Source: Anolis carolinensis
Taxonomy: Eukaryota
Direction of reading: 5' to 3'
DNA length: 64,000 bases
Assembly (NCBI RefSeq): GCF_035594765.1
Contig: NC_085842.1
Span: 45,856,782 to 45,920,781, forward strand
Shown here: in pieces, positions 25,866 to 39,597 of the stretch
Position numbering within the stretch: position 1 is the stretch's first letter
Layout of the letters: each line of letters starts with the position of its first letter
Position numbers and translations under genes: made by a program
The notes under the pieces: model-generated
What the model was told of the DNA's origin: nothing
The model's database searches: none
Seen by the model: the letters and a program-made list of their open reading frames with translations, nothing else

Positions 25866-26333
25866 TTTTGAATGGGAGGTGTTCCTTTTGAATTGTTTAA
25901 AAAGTGCTGCAGGGGGTTGAATTATAAAACTAGAATTATCTAATCTGTATACATGAAAGAGAGGTGTTCAGATTAGCCTGACATGTAGACTCACGTGTAC
26001 ATAGACAGTGAAAACGGCATCCCTCAGAGTTGTATAATCCTATAGTTTTGTAATGAACAAAAATGCAATTAGAATGCATGAATTAATTTTATGGAATGCC
26101 CTGCACACAATTTTGAATGGGAGGTGTTCCTCCAGGATACATAAAAAGTTTTTTGGGAGAGGGGGAGATGAATTATAAAACTAGCATTATCTCATCTGTA
26201 TACATGAAAGAGAGGTGGTCAGATAACTCAAAAATGTAAGATCACATGTATAGAGGCAGTGAAAAAAGCATCTCCTAGTTATATAACTCTATAGTTTTGT
26301 AATGAACAAAATACAATCAGAATGCATAAATTA
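25866..26333. repeat. Two diverged tandem copies (period 245 bp) directly upstream of EEVS
   Basis: Copies start ttttgaatgggaggtgttcc at 25866 and 26111 and share gaattataaaactag, tatacatgaaagagaggtg and ctatagttttgtaatgaacaaa. Confidence 0.9.
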
Positions 26334-27603
26334 CCTGAGAAGCATAAATTACTTGAGATAAAACAGCTATTGTGAAACTGGATATTTTCCCTGTCACATA
26401 AAAGGAGACTACCATAATTTATTTGACTTAACTCCCTGAACCCTTAGGTTACAACATACCCTTATGCAACCCTCAAATGAATTAATGAATATTGAATATT
26501 TATATAACTCCTGAAAATATTCAAGAGTATGACTAGAATTGGATTCCTGAGTCCTACTAAACATAAAATGATGTTTGTGAAATAGCAGACATGTTTGCAT
26601 TCCATTTGTCTGTCTAGAAGCTTAGATAATCCACAATTTGTCTACGGTAGATCCTTATAAGGTAGATGAAGCTTAAAAGATTGGTGACAGTCTCATCGTT
26701 ACATGGAAAGCTTTGTGAGTAGAAATTTGGGGTCAGGTCTTCCTATTCAAAATCTAACCAATTTCTCACACTGTTAATCACTCCATCACATATCATTCCT
26801 TTCGAATCATCTCCAAATCCTTTATAGATTTATCATTTTATTGTCTATATTTTTATCCCACCTTTGCTTGAAGAAAAAATCACAACAAAATTGTGAAGCA
26901 GGTTAGGCTGGAAGAAAGCAACTTGCCTATGATCACTCAAAGATCTTCACCACTAAAGACCTCATCCCATGCAGCCTTCTCTCCATTTCTCTCCACTGCT
27001 GAAATGGAGTCCCATGGAGACCATCACATGATGCAAGGCCACTTTCAGTGGTTGCCTGCGGGACTCTGTAGCAGTAATGCAGAAAAAAAGAGAAAAGACT
27101 ATGTTTTCAGGAATCAGGTGCTACCTGACTCACAACAAGAAAAGACGGATAGACGTGGGGAAAGGTTTATTTTATTTCATGTTAAAAGCATTGCATAATA
27201 AATAAGTTTAGAAGTGATAAAATAAAGCAATCACAAGCAGCTAAATAGTTTTAGACCAAAAACAGGCAACAGCAACCGCATTGTCCGTAGCTTTAAATAA
27301 CTCCTCCTCGGTACGTGAGGCAGGACATTGTGGGCAAGCATACATATGCGGAGTTGTTTGTTCTGCTCAGCAGTCACACATGGCGGGGAAAGGTGGACAA
27401 AGAGCATGTGATAGCAACTGACCATTGCCATCACAGAAGATGGAAAGGCAAGGGACCTCAGTGGTAGGGAACAAAAGAAGATGCTTCTCTCCACTTCCCC
27501 CCACTTTTCCCTACTCCCCCCCACCTCATATGATGAAGTCCTAAGAGGTAATTTGAATCTAGTTCTTCTCAAGCCCTGAGAGCTACTGTGGTATAGTAGT
27601 TTA

Positions 27604-28491
27604 TAGGTCTGTGCAAAATTATTATTAGTCTTCGTAAGTCAGATCAAATTCATTAAATTCATACTTATAACGCGATACTTGGCACATGGACATGGCCCAC
27701 ACCAAAAACTTAAAAATCAAAACTTATCCAATACTTTTTCATTTGAATTTTGTAAATCTCTGAAGCCTCCTAAAGTCAGTTTCATTTTCAGAACAAGCAA
27801 CCAAGCAAAGGAAAGCTAAAAAGGCTGCCATTTCTTTTTAAATTAATGGCCTCTCAACATTAGGAAAGGGAGGCAACAGGGAGAAAGCAGAATTTTCTGG
27901 GGAAGAGAGTGAGAAAGCACAGAATTCTGGGAAAGGTAATTTGGGAAGGCAAGGAACCCTGTGCCAGAGAATTCAAAAGCCCCTCTCCTGAACTACATTT
28001 CCTAGAATTCTGCTCAGCATCTGAAGAGGGGCCAGCCAAGGGCAAGATGGATGGATATTATCCTTAAAGTGACTGGCTTGACCTTGAAGGAGCTAGGGGT
28101 GGCAACAGCTGACAGGAAGCTCTGGCGTGGGCTGGTCCATGAGGTCATGAAGAGTTGGAAGTGCTGAATGAATAAACAACAACATGCAAACTTTGAAAAT
28201 TCCCCATAAATCCATGGATAAGTGAAATGTTCTGAAACTTGATGGGCTAACAGTGGTAAATGTGTTCTACCATTGTGGCATTAGCTGTAGAAGTGAAATT
28301 GAAAGGAGCTTCTGAAGTTTCCCCACTTGCACAATTACTATAACAAAAAAGTAATGAAATTTCATCACTCTCATTATAGTAATGGAAATTTCACTAACGA
28401 TACTTTAGAAACACTTTAGAAATGAAAAAACAGCACCTCCTAATTTTGTAATGAGTTTTAAAACACTTTTTTCATCAATTGCACAGCTCTA
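27604..28491. mobile_element. Non-autonomous hAT-like element with a nested RTE 3' tail (about 28045-28185)
   Basis: TIR taggtctgtgcaa / ttgcacagctcta; degenerate 8-bp TSD. Confidence 0.65.
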
Positions 28492-28564
28492 GTGGTTTGA
28501 ATGCTGGACTACCACCCTAGAGAGTAGGATTTAAATCCCTGTTTAGCCTTGGAAATCCAGTCAC

Positions 28565-28667
28565 ATGTGGAGAATGAAACACATTCCTTGGCTGGGCACA
28601 TCTGGATTTGTGCAGGTAACAAGCAAGGAAAGCAGTCTCTTCTTGAAACCTGAACGACTCGATCCAG
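28565..28667 (+). CDS. Candidate MT-Ox coding exon 1 (MWRMKHIPWLG...RLDP), with an alternative candidate at 29077-29092
   Basis: Open from ATG to a consensus donor CAG|GTAAGT in phase 1, which the exon at 39438 requires; no homology support. Confidence 0.35.
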
Positions 28668-30676
28668 GTAAGTTTCCCCTCTGCTAGTTTCCCCATAGAT
28701 TCCAGAGAAGGGAAACCTCTTGTTGCATAGGTCCCCATCTCTCATACAGCAAGGCACCAACAACTAGCTTGCATAAAACAAACACACACACACATGAGTG
28801 CTGCCACAAGGCACTGCTGTCATAAGTCCTTATACTCCTTACCCGCAGCACAAAAGAAAGTCCTGCGGGCATCATGCAGCTGGTGTTGAAAGCCAGCCAA
28901 GTTATTCTATAAGAGGGCCCTTGGGCTCCGATTGATACGCTTCATGTGCTGACAGGAGTGGCCCTGCCCCACACATGGAGAACGAAGCACATTCCCTAGT
29001 TGTGGACTTCTGGTCTCACGCAAGTAACACGCAGCAAGAATAGCTTCACTTTGAAGCCTGGGGGAATGCTATCACAATGCCACACTATACAGGTAAACAT
29101 CCCCTCTCTCCGACTCTTCCATTGTTTTCAAAGAGAATGATTAAGAATGGTCCTCTTTAACTGCTTTCTTCTTTAGAATTCTCTTTATTCATATGTGGGG
29201 TTTTTTCTGGCATGAATTTTAAAAGTTTAATTAAAAAGTAAACCAACAGCACTTTGGACAAGTTTGTTCTGGATCGTAAAAGGATCACCTAGATCTGATC
29301 AACTAATAGATTTGATTTTGATTTATACTGGTCAGTTTTTATTAAGTATGTTCTAGAAAGTGAAAAATGAAAACAATACAACCTTGTGGGTCAGGAATTT
29401 TGGATATGACATTTGTTTAATGGTTGAATTATAAATCCTATGGTAAAGGAAATGATACTTGTTCAGGCCTTGGTGGTGGGGTTATGTGTTTGTGAAATGT
29501 TCATTGTTTTCGTGTTTTGTTTCACCGTAAGTTGTTAATGTATTTAAATAAAAAATAATTATAACAAAAAAGAATCACCTTATCACTTAAAATATATATT
29601 GCTTAGCAAACATAACTTATTTAAATATCTCAACAAAATGTTTCTGTTGCTCAGTGGAAAAATGAGTAGTTGAGAATTGATTGTTTTAAAGTGGATGATA
29701 GATGTTAAGTGTTACCTTTATAATAACAAATCAGTTATTATAATCCGTCTCTTTTAGAAAATAGCTGGACTTACTACTATATATAAAAACATCATTTGCA
29801 AAGTATACAGGACGCCTTCTACAGTATGTGAAGAAAATAATGGAAGACCTTTTGAGACATTTCAGGAATATAAACTCTGCTATCCTGAATAGGAAGCTTG
29901 AACAACCAGTATTTCCCCCCCCCCTCTCCCCCAACCTCAGCCCAAATGTAAACACCCTTTAACAGCTACTAATAGTTACTGTGGTTATTTGAAGCCTTAG
30001 TAAATACATTTATATTATATAATAAATGCTATAATGATAATTTTATCAAAGTTAAAATTTTAATCTTAAATTACAATTTTATATAAGGGGTTCAAATTGT
30101 TGTCCCTGTGCTGCACTGCTTGTCTTGTGGAAATACAGAGTTTCAAACTTTGCTTAAAGTTTCTCTTGTAATTTTGAAACACTCTCCACTATTATTATCT
30201 TTAATTGTGTTAATGTTGCATACATTTTTTGAAAAATGCAATTTTTTTCAAAAATCATAAGTTGTTTAGGATGTATTTTAATTTAGAATACCGCCACTTC
30301 TCTTCTTTGTCTGTAGTTAGAATATCCCATCATTAACATTCTGGATACATCTCAACTTTATTTTAAGTAAATGAAGAAAGCAAAAATCAAAACATTGTGT
30401 AAATCTTTTGTGAGGAGTTAATCACTAAATTTTCAATGAATGTCCTGTGTTTTAATATCTGTTCTGTGTTTTAATTATTATGTAACCAGCCTCAAGTCAC
30501 GAGGAGAGGCGGGTAAGAAATAAAATCATTATTATTTTAATATGTATTTTATAGAAATACGTTTTAATATTATCTTTTATAAAAATACATTTTAATATGT
30601 ATGTTTATAGAATTCTTACAATATTTGTGTGTTTTGACTGTGCTGTGACCCGAGTGAAAGGCGGGTAGGAAACAAA

Positions 30677-30707
<31 letters not shown>

Positions 30708-30723
30708 GTAGTAGTAGTAGTAG

Positions 30724-31066
30724 TACTCTGTTTCCCTGAAAATAAGACCTAGTAGAGGTTTTGCTGAATTGCTAAATATAAGGCCTCCCCTGAAAGTAAA
30801 ACCCAGCAAAGTACGTACCATAGATTGTTGTACATGGAAATAATGGACGTAACAAGAAGTCTTTATGGGATTCACAGTTTGTCTGGTTATGCTGGTTTGT
30901 GATGACAACTACTGTACAGTATATCATAAATGTTCATTTTTTGTTCAACAATAAATGTTAATTCTTCTTCATGGAAAAATAAGTCATCCCCTGAAAATAA
31001 GACCTAGTGCATCTTTGGGAGCAAAAATTAATATAAGACACTGTCTTGTTTTCGGGGAAACATGGT
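30724..31066. mobile_element. Tc1/mariner-pogo-type MITE inserted in a (TAG)n tract
   Basis: Termini tactctgtttccctgaaaataag / cttgttttcggggaaacatggta, flanked by TA and (TAG)n. Confidence 0.75.
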
Positions 31067-33472
31067 AGTAGTAGTAGTAGTAGTAGTAGTAAATACATAT
31101 AATAGACTGATTAATGAACAGAACTATTTAAATCAATTACTGAAATGCTTTAGCTGTATATTATGTGTTACGGATGTATATACAGTTGGTCCACTATAGC
31201 AACAGATCCTGTGGCACAATGGTTCTCAACCTGTGGGTCCCTGGGTGTTTTGGCCTACAACTCCCAGAAATCCCAGTCAGTTTAACAGCTGTTAGTATTT
31301 CTGGGAGTTGAATGCCAAAACATTTGGGGACCCACAGGTTGAGAACCACTGCTGTAGCACAAATTCAACCATCAAAATCTTGATTCTGTCATTTTATATA
31401 AGGGACATCACTGTATAATTGTACTCAAGCATCCACAGATTTTGGTCTCTACGGGAAGTCCAAGGTCTCACTTTGTACATAGATATATTTCACACACACA
31501 CACACACACATACGCACACACAAGATGCACACATAGTGTGTATATGTGTTTAACATGCACACATATATGCTCGAAAATTGTACTCTTAGATTACAGCACT
31601 GCAAATACTTCAGCTTAACATGGGAATTATCCGTATTGGCTAGAGATTCTGACAGATATAGTGAAAAAGAAACTCATGCCAATTCTGTGCATCATCTGTT
31701 TATATCACAAAGATTTTAAACAACATACCAGGGGAGCCTGCCTAAGGCTTATACATTGGTTTAAAATTTATGTATTCTTTTATTTAAACTATATACAATT
31801 GATTTGTTTTAATACTTATATAAATTTAATTCCATTGTAATATTTATCTTTTGTACTTTTAAAAAATTATTGCTTGTTACGCATCTTAATTCTGATTAAA
31901 AAGCAGGAATATCAGGTATGTTTTCCATGTAAGAATAAATGTCAACATTCCATTTTTATTTCTTATGCATGAACAATCATTAGCAGCCATATTCTTGGCT
32001 TTTGCAGTTTGAATATAAGGTAAAAATAATGGGTGTGGTTGATTGATGCGACCACTATTGAAATGAAAGCTTTATATTTGGCCACCCAGTCAATCTTCTG
32101 CTTGTTTTAGATATGTAGAGCTCCACCATCCCAAACAGTCTGCTCATGTTTCCAATGGGCAGATTGTCCATCAGATAGGCAGCTCAATGAGAGACCATTT
32201 TTAAAAAATATCTAAACTTCCTAGTGAACTCCTGAAGCATTATTAACAAAAGGAGAGATAAGAACAAACTCTCCTTTCTTTAATTTATACAAGGATCATT
32301 TCAATTTTGGAGCCCTTAGATTGATAGCTGCAATAATATTAACTAAATGATACCTTAAACCTAAAATGCTTACTACAAAACTAAAATGAAGCATGGGCTT
32401 GCCATATGATGAACATATCTGTAGGGGAAGTTTTGTATTTTATAGTGAGCTGGTATCTGGTGTGGCATGAACTAGGGTTTTAGAGATCTAGGGTTTCAGG
32501 AAAAGCTGAAAGAAGTTGTCACACACCAAGGTGGTTTATTCATATGGTGTTCTAGATTACTATCGCTTAACCATAAGGGTGAATAAATATTTACAGTCAC
32601 AGTGCTCCTTTTTATCTGGAAATGATACAGCCGTGTATATGTTAAAAACACTCTCTTATCAATGTGTTGTCACTTTATACTTCTTCCAACTGGCGTCATG
32701 CATAGCTTGTACTGTTGAATCCCATGTAATGCCGCTGAAGGTTTTTTTTTTCATTTTGTCATATAAACACAAAGATTTGAAAAGGGAGACAATGTCAGTT
32801 TTTCTGTATTTTTATGTTACTCTCTGTGTGCTTTTCCCTTTCAAAAAACAATTGTGCAAAAATGTGTTTTTCTACAAAAAGAAGTATTTTGCACATAATG
32901 TCTAATCCTCTCCCCTCTCCCCACCCAAAGAATTATCCAGTGTTTAGAAATGAGGTTCATGCTATGTAAGTTGATAATTTCTTCAACTCAGCTTCATTGT
33001 GGGGTCAGGAGAGGCTTACTTGCTGAGCTGAAGAACATTTGTGAGCTTTCTTTTCATTTCCATCCTTGCTATCAAAAAACATTGTAGAGCTCATTGTAGA
33101 GGCCCAGATTACCATAATGGTTTTTGGAGCAAAATCCCATTTCCCAAAGGTAATAAACTTTTATCTGCTGAGAAAGGGGAAAGGTAGGGTGCATCTCGCT
33201 GCTACATCTTTTTCTAGCTAAAGGCACATTCTGCATGAAATGACTTGAGATCTGGTTCTGGCCATGTCACAACCCATGCAGAAGTCAATGCTTTTTAGCT
33301 GGCAGGCATTCTTTCAAGCAGTAAATTTACCACCTCTAACTTTCTGCTTGGGCAGTCTCTGCCATGTGAGACATAATGCTATATGCAGTGCAGGAAAGGG
33401 TGAAAAGGGAACTGGAGAGAATGTGGGAATGAGTTCATCCCTTTCTACACATTTGCTTTGCTAATATCATCT

Positions 33473-33772
33473 TAGGAGCACCTGGTGACGCAGCGTGTTA
33501 AAGCACTGAGCTGCTGAAGTTGTGGACCGAAAGGTTGCAGGTTTGAATCTGGGGAGTGGAGTGAGCACCTGCTGTTAGCCCCAGCTTCTGCCAACTTAGC
33601 AGTTTGAAAACATGCAGATGTGAGTAGATCAATAGGTACCACTCCAGCGGGAAGGTAACTTTGGAGGTGTCTAGGACAGCTCCAGCTCTTCAGTTTAGAA
33701 ATGGAGATGAGCACCAACACCCAAAGTCGGACACAACTGGACATTAAGTTAGGGGAAAACCTTTACCTTAAC
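33473..33772 (+). mobile_element. Sauria SINE
   Basis: tRNA-like head, ACCTTTACC tail, 12-bp TSD ctaatatcatct at 33461-33472 and 33773-33784. Confidence 0.88.
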
Positions 33773-33809
33773 CTAATATCATCTAAAATTATTCAACAAT
33801 CTGTTTTAC

Positions 33810-34215
33810 TAGCCATGCAGTTATGGAAGGAGCAGCTGAAGGCACTGGGTATATTTAGCTTTGAGAAAAGAAGGCAGAGAGGGGGCATGATAGCCATATT
33901 CAAATATTCAAATATTTGAAAGCATATCATATAAAGGAGCAGGCAGGCTTGTTTTCTGCTGATCTGGAGACTAGGCATAGAGCAATGGATTCAAATTTCA
34001 AAAGAAGATATTCTATCTAAATATTAAAAAAAATATTCATGGTAAGAGATGTTTGGCAGTAGAATATGCTGCCTAGGAGGGTGGTGGAGTCTCCTTCCCT
34101 GGAGATTTTTAAACAAGGGCTGGATGGCTATCTGTCAGGAGTGCTTTGAGCGTGTGTTCCTGCATGGCTCTTGGGGCTCTTCCAACTCATGGCTCTTCCA
34201 ACTCTGTGATTCTGT
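33810..34215 (+). mobile_element. Decayed CR1 LINE 3' fragment
   Basis: LGIFSFEKRRQRGGMIA homology to the CR1 at 38158; ttccaactctgtgattct tail. Confidence 0.8.
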
Positions 34216-34884
34216 GAAGGCATTCTGACTACCCTTCTATGCATTAAAATGCTTGGGGAATATTATTGCTATCTGTCCTGCCATTGTATCGTGGCTTTCT
34301 TATAGCACTGGGAATTATGAGGGAATTAAACATGATAGAATTTAAATCACAGTGGGTGAAATTCTAGTTCTTCTGGACCAATATCCTCCCCATCCTGCTT
34401 TACTGGGCAGCAGCCCCTTCCAAAAAACAGTGGTCTGTTCTCCAGTTGATCAGGGCACAGCATACTGATATTTCCATTTCCCTCCTGCCAGTGATTCCTT
34501 GTGTGACAATCAGAAGTAAGATCCAGATTGCAATTTTTTCTTACACCAGAGATTGTTGGGAGGAGAGGGCTGGAAACATCAGTAATGGTGTGCCCCATTT
34601 GATAGGCGAACAGAACTTTGTTGCACACAGTAGATGCTTCCCTGTAATGGAGGACTGGGGGACTTTTGTGACTACAGCAATTGCTCTTGTGAATACATAG
34701 GGATTGTGAATATGAATCAGTTGCAGATGCACGATTCTACATAATTCTATGTTATCCTACATTACCTCTTGCATAACTTTAGTTTATACATCTGTAAATG
34801 TGATAGTGAATTTCAGCCACTAACATTAAAAACAATTGTTGATCAGCATATTTAAAAACCCTACCAAATTAAAGGCTTTAAAAA

Positions 34885-35580
34885 ATAATATATTTTTAAT
34901 TAAATTTTCCAAAAACAAATGGTAAAAAAGAAGCCACTTATAGCAGACAGGAAAGGGGGCGAGGTATGAGAGGGAAAGAAAGTGGGGAAAGGTAGAGGGG
35001 TGAGAATGGGGTAGATAGACTAGGTGGGGGGAGGAATTAAGGGAGGGGAAGGGGGAGTCTGGGCCTTTTCTTAACTTCCATTCTTCTCTATAGGGTTGTC
35101 TTATCCATTTGTATAATTTCCATTGTTGATATTCTTCACTTCTTTTTGTCTTCTACCATAAACACGTATCCTTCTGTTTGTAGGCATTATAGCAATATTC
35201 TATTCTTTTCTTTTTTCATCCAATCTTTTACCGGTCTCCAATCCATCTTTTTCTTTGGTTTACTATGTGTTGTTGATAGCAAAAAAGTTAAGTGATCCAT
35301 ATTCATTATATCCCATACTTTCTTTATCCATTCTTCTTGCCTTGGTACTATTTTCTTTTTCCATAGTCTAGCAAGTACTAATCTGGCAGTTGTTGTTAAG
35401 TACATACATATTTTATCTTCGTTTTTCCCCCATTGAGTGTTGGTCATGCCCTATAGGAAATATTCTGGTAGTAGTGGTATTTTTATTTTTATTTACATTT
35501 ATCGTGAATTTCTCTCCAGTAAGGTTTTATCTTCCCACAGGACCACCACATATGCATGTATGACCCTTTACCTTTTCCAC
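34885..35580 (-). mobile_element. 5'-truncated L1-like LINE 3' end
   Basis: H.WW.C and ARLVLARLWK...P..EEW ORF2 C-terminal motifs; A-rich tail; approximate TSD ttaaaggc. Confidence 0.75.
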
Positions 35581-36220
35581 ATTTAAAGGCATTTTTAAAA
35601 ACACACCAAACAGAGTAAGACAAAATCTCTGTCTTTCTTCATTAGGCAGTTAATTGCCATAAGCCTGCGTGAATGAAAAGAACAATATAGTTTTAAAGAG
35701 TTTTAATATGTTTAGCAGGTTGAATTGTGTAGATTGTTCTAAGGTTATTTTACTGACATCTTATGACTACTGGCTGGGTGATGAATGAATGAGTAATTGG
35801 AAACCTTCAGTTCAGGAACGAGTGATTGTGTGTGTGTGTTTGTAAGTTTGCATCTACACTGTTGAATTATGGCAATTTGATTTCATTTTAAATACCATGG
35901 CTCAATGCTATTTAATCATAGGTGCTGTAGTTTTACAAAATCTTTAGCCATCTCTGCCAAAGAGTGCTGGTGCCCCACCAAACTCAAATCCTGGAATTCC
36001 ATAGCATTGAACCATAGCAATTAAAGTGGTGTCAAATTTCATTAATTCTGCCGGGCAGATGCATCCAGAGAGAGAGAAATCTTCACAAAGGCTATAGATG
36101 AAAATGATGGTGTTTTGTCGCAGAATGGATCAAGGATTTATATTTGAGAACTTTCTGCAAAGTAATCTGTGAATATTTCCTAGTATTAAGTTGAAATATA
36201 CCCACAATTTTCATTTAAAA

Positions 36221-36455
36221 CAGAGTGGTCCAACCTTTTAGCTACCTGAGGGCCAATCAACCTTTAGTATAGGAATGTGAGGGCCAGAGACATTCCAGAA
36301 AGAAAATGAATAACGTAATTAATATTAATTACATAATTAAAATATTAATATTTAATTTCATAATTAAAATAATTTTCAAATAAGAAGGGCAAGGACCAAC
36401 AAAAATGAATTGGTGAACCGCATGCAACCCTTGGGCTGCAGGTTGGACCAAACTG
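36221..36455. mobile_element. hAT MITE with an AT-rich core
   Basis: TIR cagagtggtccaacc / ggttggaccaaactg; perfect 8-bp TSD atttaaaa. Confidence 0.85.
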
Positions 36456-36949
36456 ATTTAAAATATAATATAAATTTCCAAAGGAAAGCTTGACATGTGC
36501 AATTTACTATTTTTCATTCCTATGGAATTTCAGAACCCTGAACTAGGGCAGGACTGAGTTATAAAACTTTGGATGCTACTGCTTTAATTTGTTGGCACGA
36601 GGCATTGCACTCGACCAATTAGGTGTGTCTTTGTAAGGGAATCATTCCAATATGTTAATTCATTGACTTCAAAGAAATGTTTCAAGAAAACATGTTTTTT
36701 CTTGTTCTTCTCCTCTTCTTTATTCATCTCTTTTCTCTTCTTTTTCCTGTTACGTGACAGTTTAATTTGAATTAAAAGCTGAAAACACAAACAATGCAAA
36801 GGAAGTATGCCACATAAGTATACAAAAAGATTATTATTTAAGAGCATGTGTTGCATTTTAAAAATCATTATATCAGAAAGGCTCTTATACAGTACATGTG
36901 AAAGGAATCTTGGAGTCTTAGCTAAAAAACTGAACAATGTGAGAAACTT

Positions 36950-37460
36950 CTAAGTTGCACCAATAGGAATATGGTGTCTAGATTGAGGGAAATATTAGTA
37001 CTCCTCTATTCTGTTTTGGTCATACCTGGAATACTGTGTCTCATTCTGGACACCACCATTCAAGGATATTGACAAATTGGAATGTGTCCAGAGAAGGGTA
37101 AGAAAAATGGTAAAAGGTTCGGAGGCCAAGTCCTATGAGGAATGGCTTAGGAAGCTGGGTATTAGGCTGGAGAAGAGAAGATTAAGAGGGGACCTGATAG
37201 CCATGTTCAAACATTTGAAAAGATGTCACATTAAGAAGGGTGCATGCTTGTTTTCTGCTGCTCTAGAGATGTTGACATGAATCAATGGATTTAAATTGCA
37301 GGAAAAAAGATTTCACTTAAACGTTAATAAGAATATTCTGATTATAAGATCTGCTCAGTACTGGAATATGCTGACTTGGAGTTGCTTTCTCTGGAGATTT
37401 TAAAGCAGAGGCTGGATGGACTAGATCACCCTTGTGGTGTCTTCCACTTCTATGATTCTA
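36950..37460 (+). mobile_element. Decayed CR1 LINE 3' fragment
   Basis: [31 protein letters not shown]; ttctatgattcta tail. Confidence 0.85.
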
Positions 37461-38157
37461 AGACTGGCATAAATACAAGCAGAGGCTTCCCTACAATATT
37501 ATTTTAGTCTCCTTTCTGCAGGAAGCTTTTGTTAGGAAAGTTAAAATCGAAGATGGTTGCTGTCTCATGAGCTTTTGTATTCTGGATAAGACAGCTGGAA
37601 ACTTAAGAGAGTAGGTTCTGCTATTTGTAACTTAAAGAGAGATTTGATCAAGATAAGAGAGAAGTAGTTAGAGAGGCAGAAGAAAACAAATTTTACTAAG
37701 AATTGTACAAGAATGAGGATTGTGTAATTTAAAAAGTGTATAAATCCCTTTTGAGACAGAAGATGAATCAGTAACAGATAATATGGACCCCAGCTTTTGG
37801 GCACAATGTTCAAATGGATTCATGGGGAAAATATGGATTTAAAAGATATAAAATTTGCTCTGGGTAATAATTTTAAGAGGAAATATGTATACCTGGTATT
37901 TTACTCTAAATAGGATATCAAAAATGTCCAGGGATGTTTCAGATGTCAAGAGAAGGAGGATTATTTTTTGATGGATTTGCAGGAAAGTAAAAATGTTAAC
38001 TTAAAAAAAACCTAAAAGTAGACTTTGCAGTGTTGCCAGAGTTGTTTTTGTTTGGTATTATGGATAAAGATTTAGATAGCAAATATGGATAACTTCTTAA
38101 ATTCATGACAACAGCAGCAAGAATAGCCTTTGCTCCAACATGAAAATAGACTAAAAC

Positions 38158-38862
38158 ATAGAATCATAGAATCGTAGAGTTGGGAGAGACCTCACGGGCC
38201 ATCCAGTCCAACCCCCTGCAAGAAGCAGGAAAATCTCATTCAAAGCACCTCCGACAGATGGCCATCCAGCCTCTGCTTAAAAGCCTCCAAAGAAGGAGCC
38301 TCCACCACACTCTTCGGCAGAGAGTTCCACTGCCGAACAGCTCTCACAGTGAGGAAGTTTTTCCTGATGTTCAGGTGGAATCTCCTTTCCTGTAGTTTGA
38401 AGCCATTGTTCCGCGTCCTAGTCTGCAGGGCAGCAGAAAACAAGCTTGCTCCCTCCTCCCTATGACTTCCCCTCACATATTTGTACATGGCTATCATGTC
38501 TCCTCTCAGCCTTCTCTTCTGCAGGCTAAACATGCCCAGTTTTTTAAGCCGCTCCTCATAGGGCTTGTTCTCCAGACCTTTGATCATTTTAGTTGCCATC
38601 CTCTGGATGCTTTCCAGCTTGTCAACATCTCCCTTCAACTGCGGTGCCCAGAATTGGACGCAGTATTCCAGGTGTGGTCTGACCAAGGCAGAATAGAGAG
38701 GTAGGATGACTTCCCTGGATCTAGATGCTATACCCCTATTTATGCAGGCCAAAATTCCATTGGCTTCTTTCGCCACCACATTACAATGTAGGCTCATGTT
38801 TAACTTGTTGTCCACGAGGACTCCAAGATCTTTTTCACACATATTGCTTTCGAGCCAGGCGA
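38158..38862 (-). mobile_element. Young 5'-truncated CR1 LINE (ORF2 C-terminus)
   Basis: EKDLGVLVD, LYSALVRPHLEYCVQFWAP, LQKRRLRGDMI; (ATTCTATG)n tail. Confidence 0.95.
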
Positions 38863-39437
38863 CATCAACAATAAAATAATAAATTGGTAAAAGTACCATA
38901 TTTGCCCAAATTGTTTTGTAAAGTCTTTTGATATGCAGGTTCATGTGTGTTCTTTTTAATTATATTTACCCTTTTCTTGAAAATTAGCAAATGACCAAAG
39001 AGCTGGATATTTCATACTCCTCTGAATGCGAAACTATTCATACCTTGTTGAGGAAATATATTTTTTGTTGAATTTTCAGGTTGGACGGGATGGCTCTTGT
39101 GATTTCTTCCAACTATGTAATTCTAGGACGATTTTCTAGTCCAACCACTGACAGTGTAGCTGTCTAAAGCACCCCTCAAATGTGGCTTCCAAAACAATGT
39201 TTAAAAACCTCCAGTGAAGACAGTCCAGTCATCTTTTGGAGTAGTCCATTCCACTATAAACCAGCTTTTCATTCTGCCTTTTATTTTTCAACAAATGAGT
39301 TATCTATTGGGTCCACCCAAGTTATTCCATCTTCTTCCCCATCTCCTTCTTTTTCCTCCTTCATCTCAGCTGAGAAATTCTGTGAAATGGAGATGTCTCA
39401 CATATTTTCATTTAAACACTTTGATTTGTTGTTTTAG

Positions 39438-39597
39438 AAATATCCATTAGGTCCATAGCTGAAATGCTTAAGAGAGCCAGAGATATTGCACATCGCACTC
39501 CGGATGTTCCTGAAGAATTACGAACCTGCTTGCAGAAAGCTCTTGATGCAACAAGGGGACTGGAACTTTCCTCAACATCATTGGGCAGTTCTAACAG
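39438..39597 (+). CDS. MT-Ox: MT-Ox exon (ISIRSIAEMLKRARDIAHRTPDVPEELRTCLQKALDATRGLE...)
   Basis: Acceptor gttttAG; donor AG|GTTAAC; P.ELR..LQKALD...GL matches the fish MT-Ox N-terminus as recalled. Confidence 0.8.

Noticed and set aside
38240-38944. 234-aa ORF as a host gene
   Set aside because: C-terminal part of CR1 ORF2 with a fortuitous upstream ATG
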